A stretch of DNA of 64,000 nt from Candidatus Staskawiczbacteria bacterium RIFCSPHIGHO2_01_FULL_39_25 (GTDB lineage Bacteria > Patescibacteriota > Minisyncoccia > Minisyncoccales > Staskawiczbacteraceae): contig MHOO01000003.1 in the NCBI GenBank assembly GCA_001820095.1, positions 987 through 64,986 on the forward strand. Reading direction: 5' to 3'. This document shows positions 57,421-64,000 of the stretch, piece after piece. The translations under genes were made by a program, and so were the position numbers. Under the pieces are notes generated by a model. The model ran no database searches, was not told the origin of the DNA, and saw only the letters and a program-made list of their open reading frames with translations. Position 1 is the stretch's first letter. Each line of letters starts with the position of its first letter.

Positions 57421-57442
57421 ATTGTACCGAAAATTTTACGAA
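57421..57442 (-). promoter_or_regulatory. Putative LexA operator (direct repeat) abutting -10
   Basis: Minus strand TTCGT-N6-TTCGG directly followed by TACAAT. Confidence 0.6.
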
Positions 57443-57498
57443 AATAGGATAGGGCAGTTTATCCACATATTGTTTACTTTTTTATAGCAACGTTAGTA

Positions 57499-57527
57499 TT
57501 GACATATAAATATCTATAAACTAAAAT
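57499..57527 (+). promoter_or_regulatory. Divergent promoter
   Basis: TTGACA-17-TAAAAT. Confidence 0.65.
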
Positions 57528-57555
57528 ATACATGTACTAATTAAAATTCAAAATC

Positions 57556-57903
57556 ATGAACAATGAATTTGGCGTAAAACTTAAAAATTTGAGGGAGAAA
57601 CATTTCCCGGGCCATAGTATGCGCAAGGTTGCCGATCTTGTAGCGCCCCAGATTCAGTCCGGTGATTATTTTTTTACCCAGCTAAACAAAATGGAATCTG
57701 GTGTCTTGATCCCCTCCGCAAATTTACTACTAAAAATATTGGATGCCTATAGTGCTGACGCAGAAGAAAGAAAAGAAGTGCTTATCGCATATGCCACCGC
57801 GGCAGCTTTGAAAAAGGTTGATGAAGTGGGACAGGCCTCAAAGCAAAATATCCATCGCGAGGTAGTTGAGAGTTTGCACAGGAAACTTAAAAAGAAAAAT
57901 TAA
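57556..57903 (+). CDS. XRE-family HTH regulator
   Basis: FG.KLK.LRE..SMRKVA...LNKMESG..IPS. Confidence 0.75.
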   Translation: MNNEFGVKLKNLREKHFPGHSMRKVADLVAPQIQSGDYFFTQLNKMESGVLIPSANLLLKILDAYSADAEERKEVLIAYATAAALKKVDEVGQASKQNIHREVVESLHRKLKKKN

Positions 57904-58547
57904 TGGGACTAAAAATTACAAAAAAGGGTATTCCTATAGCCAAGCTTTATATTTCCGATGAAGACATTGAGTGGCAGGCCATGGCTGATTTGATTACCTA
58001 CCGAAAAAAGTGGCTTGCTGCTTATGGCAAACCACTAACTGGGCCTCTCGATGTAGATAATTTTATAAAAGAACTTTGGGGTATGGAAGTTACATATGAA
58101 GAATTGCCGCAATCTGCAGACGAGGAATCACTGGGCGTCTTTAAACCGGAAACCCAGGAAGTAATCATTGATCCGGTAGCCTGTAATCACCCTAAAAGAA
58201 TTTCGTTCACTGTCGCCCATGAAGCTGGCCATTTATCACTACACGTATTTCTTTTCGTGGTTAAAGAAGGAAAGTTTGTTGGTTGGAAAAAAGACCACGC
58301 TTCTTGTGACAAAAACTTGGAATATCAAGCAAACCTATATGCTGGCTCGTTATTGGCTCCTGAGCAAGAGATCTGCGGCCTGTTAAAGGAAAAAGGGTTG
58401 TCTATAAATAATTTGATAGCTAATCCAATTGACCTGTCCGCACATCTTGCGTCCTTCCAGGAAAAATTTGGGCTATCTAGGCACGCTTTAGAAATTAGAC
58501 TTAACCGGCTCGGAGTTCCTATGGCAGATGCAAAATATTTGAATTGA
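57903..58547 (+). CDS. ImmA/IrrE-family metallopeptidase
   Basis: R..FTVAHEAGH, E.QAN.YAG.LL.P; TAATG coupling. Confidence 0.88.
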   Translation: MGLKITKKGIPIAKLYISDEDIEWQAMADLITYRKKWLAAYGKPLTGPLDVDNFIKELWGMEVTYEELPQSADEESLGVFKPETQEVIIDPVACNHPKRISFTVAHEAGHLSLHVFLFVVKEGKFVGWKKDHASCDKNLEYQANLYAGSLLAPEQEICGLLKEKGLSINNLIANPIDLSAHLASFQEKFGLSRHALEIRLNRLGVPMADAKYLN

Positions 58548-58738
58548 GTTATCTAAAAAACCGCTTTTTTGAGCGGTTCTTTAGGGCACTGAATTTGTCC
58601 TGACAGGATCATCAATGGATTATATGAGTCATAGTTTGATGGCTTAACTCATAAATCCGGTCGACTGATTTTTCTTGTTCTGTATCCATCATAACAGGTT
58701 CGGTGCCCGATAGCAAACCTAACGAAGTTCTTACTAAA

Positions 58739-59020
58739 ATGAGTATATCAGACCAATTGGTAAGGCTAGTCTGGACAAAGGCTATTATTGTTCCCGGGCG
58801 CGACTCAAGCAAAATGCGTAAAGATGCTTGTGGTGCATGGATTCATTGGGAGCAATACGGAAACCGAAACAGTCAATTTGGTTGGGAAGTTGATCACATC
58901 ATCGCTACTACAAGAGGTGGAAGTGATTTAATTTTCAATCTCCGCCCACTACACTGGCAAAACAATGCCAGAAAGTCAGATGGAAGAAGTCTCGTTTGTC
59001 CAGTTACGGCCTCAGCCTAA
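58739..59020 (+). CDS. Small HNH endonuclease
   Basis: VW.K, RKDACG, WEVDHI...GGSD...NLRPLHWQNN..K. Confidence 0.85.
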   Translation: MSISDQLVRLVWTKAIIVPGRDSSKMRKDACGAWIHWEQYGNRNSQFGWEVDHIIATTRGGSDLIFNLRPLHWQNNARKSDGRSLVCPVTASA

Positions 59021-59280
59021 CCGAAAGCGTTGAAATTCGCTCCGGCCGGAGCATTGTGCGTCGCCTTGTTGCAACAGGGCGACTTTTATTTTATCTTATT
59101 CTTCTCCGGCCAGAAGCTTCTCCATTTGCATAATATCGGCATCCGGGAAGCGCAGCAGTTCTTCCCATTTGGTGTTTATGAACTCGTTCCACTTGGGGAG
59201 CTTTGAAGGGAAGTATCGAGTGACCAGAGAGGGTCGCAAAAAATCGCCAAAGGGGCGATTTTTTGTTACTATAAACGAAT

Positions 59281-61953
59281 ATGCAGACAAGTAGCTGGTA
59301 TTCAAAAAAAGTTTCAGATATCCTCAATGAACTGCAGTCAAACGAGGAGGGATTGAGCGTCAAGGAAGCAGACAGCAGGTTGCAACAATACGGGAAAAAT
59401 AAGTTGCCGGAGGCCAAGCCTGACGGACTTTTGATTATATTCCTTCGTCAATTCAAAAGTCCTTTGATTTACATTCTTTTGGCTGCAGCAATTGTAGTCT
59501 TGGCGATGGGGGAGACAGTAGATTTTCTGATTATCATAGCAGTGCTTACATTTAATGCGATTGTGGGGGCCGTTCAGGAAGGAAGGGCCCAAAACACTCT
59601 GATGGCGTTGAAAAAATATACTACTGCAAAAACCGTTGTATTGAGAGGCGGCATGGAAATAATGGTAAAGGACGAGGATGTGGTTCCAGGAGACGTTATT
59701 ATCCTGCAGGAGGGAAACAAAGTACCGTCTGATGCCCGGGTAATGGTGTCAAACAGCCTTACCCTAGACGAATCCGCTTTTACCGGCGAATCAACGCCAG
59801 TGCATAAAGTCTCTGAAGAATTACATAGAGAGTATTCATCGATTGCAGAACAGAAAAATATTATTTTTAAGGGAACCAATATCGTTTCAGGCAGTGGCAG
59901 GGCAGTGGTTATTGCTACTGGAATCAACACAGAAATAGGTAAAATCGCTAAGCAAATTTCAGCCATAGATACTGAAATTCCCCTTAAAGCAAACATCCGT
60001 TATTTATCGCGGGCTATTATTGTCACCGTGGTGGTTATCGATGTGATGTTACTTATTACGGGACTATTTTCTGGGAAGGGCATCAAAGAAATGTTTACCA
60101 CCGTAGTGTCTCTTTCTGTTTCCGTCATTCCCGAAGGGTTGCCCATTGTCATGACACTAATTCTGGCAACCGGAGTATGGAGGATGTCAAAACGTAATGC
60201 CCTGGTAAAAAGACTTCAGGCAGTTGAAGCATTGGGCCAGGCCCAGGTCATTGCTTTAGATAAGACTGGCACCATTACCAGAAATGAAATGGTGGTGCAG
60301 AAAATCTTCGTTGGTAATACGCTCTATGATGTCGGCGGGACAGGGTATGAGCCAAAGGGAGAAATTAGAATGGGCAAAGAAATGATAGAACCGCTCAACC
60401 ATCCTGATTTGGTTTTTGCCATCAAACACTCAGCTTTGTGTACGGACGCAAGGATTATGTTGTCAGAAGAAGGTAAATGGGTAGCCATGGGAGATCCCAC
60501 GGAAGCGGCATTGCTGGCGGTGTCGCAAAAAATAGGGTTCCATAAAGATTTGCTTGAAAATGAGTTTACAGTAATCAGAGAATTTCCCTTTGACTACCGT
60601 CTTAAATATAGAGTCTCTTTAAGGAAAGACGAAAATCATACTACGTTAATTGTATCGGGCGCGCCGGAAAATATTCTTAATATTTCAAAAAAAGTATGGC
60701 GTAATGGCGAAAGTCATCCGTTATCAGCTGGTGAAAAAGAAGCGCTAAAAAACACATTTGAGAAAATATCAGCGCAAGGATTCCGGGTGGTTGCGCTGGG
60801 AGTGCACAGCAACCCTGCAAAAAACATAACGCCAGGAAAAATATCAAATCTGACATTTGTCGGATTCTTTGCCATGAAAGACCCCCTTAGGGCTGAAATT
60901 TATGATGCCGTTCAAAAAGCATCTAAAGCCGGCATGCGGATTATTATGATTACTGGCGACCACAGAATAACTGCCATGGCAATTGCCAGGGAAGCCGGCA
61001 TTTATAGGGAGGGAGACAGAGTTATGGGCGGGGATGAGTTGGATAAAATGACTGATTTGGAACTTGTCCAAAGGGTCAATGGTGTTTCGGTGTTTGCCAG
61101 AGTTTCTCCAGAGCATAAGTTAAAAATAATCAATGCGTTCAAGGCTAACAAGAAAATAATTGCTATGACGGGAGACGGAGTAAACGATGCGCCATCACTG
61201 GTGGCGGCTGATTTGGGAATTGCCATGGGTCGTATAGGCACCGAAGTAGCAAAAGAGGCGTCGGATATTATACTGTTGGATGATAACTTTACCAGTATTG
61301 TAGCTGCCATAGAAGAAGGGAGGAGTATTTACAAAACCATTAAAAAGGTAATTCTCTACCTTTTCTCTACCAGTTTGGGCGAAGTGTTAACGATTACGGG
61401 AGCCATTTTATTGGGATACCCGCTCCCTATTCTTCCGGCGCAAATAATCTGGCTTAACTTTGTGACTGATGGATTTTTAGATGTTGCCATAGCTATGGAA
61501 CCCAGAGAAGAGAATTTGATCAAGGAAAAATTCAAAAAACCTAATAAATTCTTGGTTGATTCGTTAATGCTGCAAAGGATGTTCCTTATGGCTGTTGTCA
61601 TGATGGCAGGAACATTATTTATTTTTAGCGGATTATTCAAAATGGATTTGATAAAAGCGCAAACTATGTCACTGGTGGTGCTGGCAATCTTCCAGTGGTT
61701 TAACGCATGGAACTGCCGATCGGAAAACAAATCAATTTTCCAGATAAATCCATTTTCAAACCCATTTTTAGTGAGCGCTACGGTTATTGTAATAGTGTTG
61801 CAGTTGCTGGCCGTTTATAGTCCTTTTTTGCAAAAGATATTGCATACGATGCCATTAGCGGCGCATGAGTGGCTCTTAGCTGTTACCGTTGCCTTTTCTA
61901 TAGTCGTCGTAGAAGAATTAAGAAAGTTACTTTATCGAAAATTTAAAAAATGA
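59281..61953 (+). CDS. P-type cation (Ca2+-type) ATPase
   Basis: TGES, PEGLP, DKTGT, TGDGVND. Confidence 0.95.
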   Translation: MQTSSWYSKKVSDILNELQSNEEGLSVKEADSRLQQYGKNKLPEAKPDGLLIIFLRQFKSPLIYILLAAAIVVLAMGETVDFLIIIAVLTFNAIVGAVQEGRAQNTLMALKKYTTAKTVVLRGGMEIMVKDEDVVPGDVIILQEGNKVPSDARVMVSNSLTLDESAFTGESTPVHKVSEELHREYSSIAEQKNIIFKGTNIVSGSGRAVVIATGINTEIGKIAKQISAIDTEIPLKANIRYLSRAIIVTVVVIDVMLLITGLFSGKGIKEMFTTVVSLSVSVIPEGLPIVMTLILATGVWRMSKRNALVKRLQAVEALGQAQVIALDKTGTITRNEMVVQKIFVGNTLYDVGGTGYEPKGEIRMGKEMIEPLNHPDLVFAIKHSALCTDARIMLSEEGKWVAMGDPTEAALLAVSQKIGFHKDLLENEFTVIREFPFDYRLKYRVSLRKDENHTTLIVSGAPENILNISKKVWRNGESHPLSAGEKEALKNTFEKISAQGFRVVALGVHSNPAKNITPGKISNLTFVGFFAMKDPLRAEIYDAVQKASKAGMRIIMITGDHRITAMAIAREAGIYREGDRVMGGDELDKMTDLELVQRVNGVSVFARVSPEHKLKIINAFKANKKIIAMTGDGVNDAPSLVAADLGIAMGRIGTEVAKEASDIILLDDNFTSIVAAIEEGRSIYKTIKKVILYLFSTSLGEVLTITGAILLGYPLPILPAQIIWLNFVTDGFLDVAIAMEPREENLIKEKFKKPNKFLVDSLMLQRMFLMAVVMMAGTLFIFSGLFKMDLIKAQTMSLVVLAIFQWFNAWNCRSENKSIFQINPFSNPFLVSATVIVIVLQLLAVYSPFLQKILHTMPLAAHEWLLAVTVAFSIVVVEELRKLLYRKFKK

Positions 61954-62537
61954 AGACGATTTTTGTTATTGCGCTTCTTATAGTAGCTGTCGGACTTATT
62001 AGCAGTATAGGTTATCTTTTGTTTAAAGATAAAACAATTCCTGTTGAGCTATCGGATCAGGCCCAAGAAATAGATAAGGTCGTAAAATTAATAGATTTTT
62101 CTGAAATTAATTCAGAATTTCCATTTTCAGCAAAGATTCCCAAAGAATTTGAAGCGGAGTATATTTCTGAATTGAAGGCGATAAATATATATAATCCAGC
62201 TTTAAGGGGAAGTAATAATATAGAAAAATCCCAGTTGTATATTAGTTTTTTTAAAGCGAGCAGATTTTTAACTTTAAGCACTGTAGACATTACCAAACAA
62301 GATAACATGATTATAAAAGGACACGAAGCTATTTTATATGAAATTACAAAGAAAGATGGAGTGCCTAATTTTGCAGGGCAGCCAGGTTGGAGAAACTTTA
62401 AACACCAAGCGCTAGATATTCGTTTAACAAAAGATAGCCCCAGTTACTTTTACTCATTCGCCTATGTGCCTGATTTAGGAGAAAAAACATTTAATAGCAT
62501 TATTGATTCTCTAGTATTTATGAACCAAGATAACTAA
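61950..62537 (+). CDS. Exported hypothetical protein
   Basis: N-terminal TM; ATGA overlap with ATPase. Confidence 0.7.
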   Translation: MKTIFVIALLIVAVGLISSIGYLLFKDKTIPVELSDQAQEIDKVVKLIDFSEINSEFPFSAKIPKEFEAEYISELKAINIYNPALRGSNNIEKSQLYISFFKASRFLTLSTVDITKQDNMIIKGHEAILYEITKKDGVPNFAGQPGWRNFKHQALDIRLTKDSPSYFYSFAYVPDLGEKTFNSIIDSLVFMNQDN

Positions 62538-62671
62538 ATGCATCCTAAGCTAGTAATTCCGGGCTGGGATTAAAAGCGTTTACTTTTACATTTGGCAGGG
62601 ACTGTCCTCTTTACGAGAATAGTCCTTTTTTATTACCCCAAGTTTGATATAATAAGAGCGACTGAAATACA

Positions 62672-63550
62672 ATGCGCTCTAAAATATTTTTAATCTTAAT
62701 TGTTTCTTTAGGATTTTTTTCATACAATCCCATCTTAATTGATGCTGCTAACCAGACGAGTGTTATTGAATTGCAGCAGAAAATACAAGCTCTCCAAAAA
62801 GAAATCAAGCGCCTCCAATTACTACTGGTTGACATGAGGCTGAAAAAGGAGCTGGTGTCCGGCTCGTATTTAGTAATGGATGTTTCTGATAATGCCGTCA
62901 TTTCAGAAAAGAATACTCATCAGCGCTACCCCATAGCTTCTCTCACGAAGTTAATGAACGCAGTTATCGCTCTAGAACATATTGATGCCGATAGGACAAT
63001 AACCCTCAACGAGGACATGCTCAAACCCTTAGGATATAGCCCGTCTCTTTTTCTATCTTCAACGGTTAGCGCAAAAAACCTCCTTAAGGCAAGCCTTATC
63101 CAGTCAACCAATGATGCTTCAGAGTCGTTAGCCTACTTTATAGGGACTGCAAAATTTGTAAGCTTAATGAATCAGAAGGCAAAAGAGCTTGGCATGCAAG
63201 ATACCTATTTTTATGACGCTCATGGGTTAAGCCTGTCTAACCAATCTACGGCTTCCGATCTTGCCAAGCTGGTAACGTATATTCAAAAAAACCATCCGGA
63301 AATCTTAGAGATTACCAAGGATAATAACTTTTGGCTTCCTGACCCATCGGGAAAAATGCTGAAATTTAAAAACTTAAATGATTTTTATCGGTTACCCGAA
63401 TTTCTCGGCGGTAAAACCGGTTACTTGCCAGAAGCCAAGGAATCACTGGCTTCGGTGTTTAACCTGGAGGGCAAGTCTGTCATTGTAGTATTGCTCTATT
63501 CTAAAAACCGCCAAGCTGATGTTGCCAAGATTATGAGGAACCTTAAATAA
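62672..63550 (+). CDS. D-alanyl-D-alanine carboxypeptidase/endopeptidase (S11)
   Basis: ASLTK, STN, GKTG. Confidence 0.88.
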   Translation: MRSKIFLILIVSLGFFSYNPILIDAANQTSVIELQQKIQALQKEIKRLQLLLVDMRLKKELVSGSYLVMDVSDNAVISEKNTHQRYPIASLTKLMNAVIALEHIDADRTITLNEDMLKPLGYSPSLFLSSTVSAKNLLKASLIQSTNDASESLAYFIGTAKFVSLMNQKAKELGMQDTYFYDAHGLSLSNQSTASDLAKLVTYIQKNHPEILEITKDNNFWLPDPSGKMLKFKNLNDFYRLPEFLGGKTGYLPEAKESLASVFNLEGKSVIVVLLYSKNRQADVAKIMRNLK

Positions 63551-63558
63551 GCAAAAGA

Positions 63559-63596
63559 CGCATGCAAAATCGCCCATATGGGCGATTTTGCATGCG
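63559..63596. repeat. Perfect 38-bp loopless palindrome
   Basis: CGCATGCAAAATCGCCCAT|ATGGGCGATTTTGCATGCG. Confidence 0.9.
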
Positions 63597-63667
63597 CCCA
63601 ATTGATAATAAAATTTAAATTTAGTAACATGAAGAAATTCTGTAAATTAAAATAAAAAATATTTTTT

Positions 63668-64000
63668 ATGAAAATAGCTATTAATTTAACCAGGGAAAAG
63701 GTGGGAGGGATTACTTCTTCAAACATTAACCTCATCAATTATTTGTATAAGCTTAATTATGAGTTTACAGGTATTGAATTAGTAGGCCGGATGCATATGG
63801 AAGGCCCCGCGCTTTTCAGGTCTTTTGCCCCGGAAATATTTGACCATCATATTATTAGTACCCATCATTTGCCATTACAGAATATTTTAAGACGCAGCAA
63901 TTCTCTGCAAGAAGTGAAAAAAGCCTACCGAGAACCTATAAAAATCATCAGGAAAATTTTACGCCAAACACGGCCGGATGTAGTTTTGTTAAGCGGAACG
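63668..64000 (+). CDS. Probable GT-B glycosyltransferase, N-terminal part (3'-truncated)
   Basis: MKIAI....GGI...RPDVVLL; open to window end. Confidence 0.55.
   Translation, partial: MKIAINLTREKVGGITSSNINLINYLYKLNYEFTGIELVGRMHMEGPALFRSFAPEIFDHHIISTHHLPLQNILRRSNSLQEVKKAYREPIKIIRKILRQTRPDVVLLSGT

Larger units (their letters stand above)
52013..59201. mobile_element. Integrase-less defence island at tRNA-Gln (right end inferred)
   Basis: Accessory/defence cargo; AGC core at tRNA 72-74 and at 59199-59201 in the same minus-strand frame. Confidence 0.5.

Overview
AT-rich bacterial chromosome segment, most likely from a Patescibacteria/CPR (Parcubacteria-like) organism. Evidence: no rpmD between rpsE and rplO, a short AlaRS, extended ribosomal-protein termini, and little sign of Shine-Dalgarno sites. 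About 1-52 kb is core genome: str/S10/spc/alpha ribosomal clusters, secY-adk-map, tpiA, alaS, murA, two mreB, holB, frr, rseP, proS, gatCA, cfa, frameshifted prfB, ftsEX and four tRNAs. The main unexplained signal is non-coding. More than 30 gene junctions hold 60-170 bp inverted arrays of 7-bp (some about 9-bp) repeats from several sequence families. Most run from a stop codon to just before the next start codon, some carry nested palindromes, and two have entered coding sequence (rplV, tpiA). A separate 140-nt three-way-junction element occurs twice with many compensatory changes. Two integrase-less islands sit at tRNA-Gly (44249-47246, with a perfect 168-bp inverted repeat) and tRNA-Gln (about 52013-59201). 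Both appear to cross over at tRNA positions 72-74 inside a split recombinase-like tail. The second carries a LexA-methyltransferase fusion with an AlwI-family nuclease, an HTH/ImmA-IrrE/HNH module and candidate ncRNAs. All calls are by eye; no searches were run.
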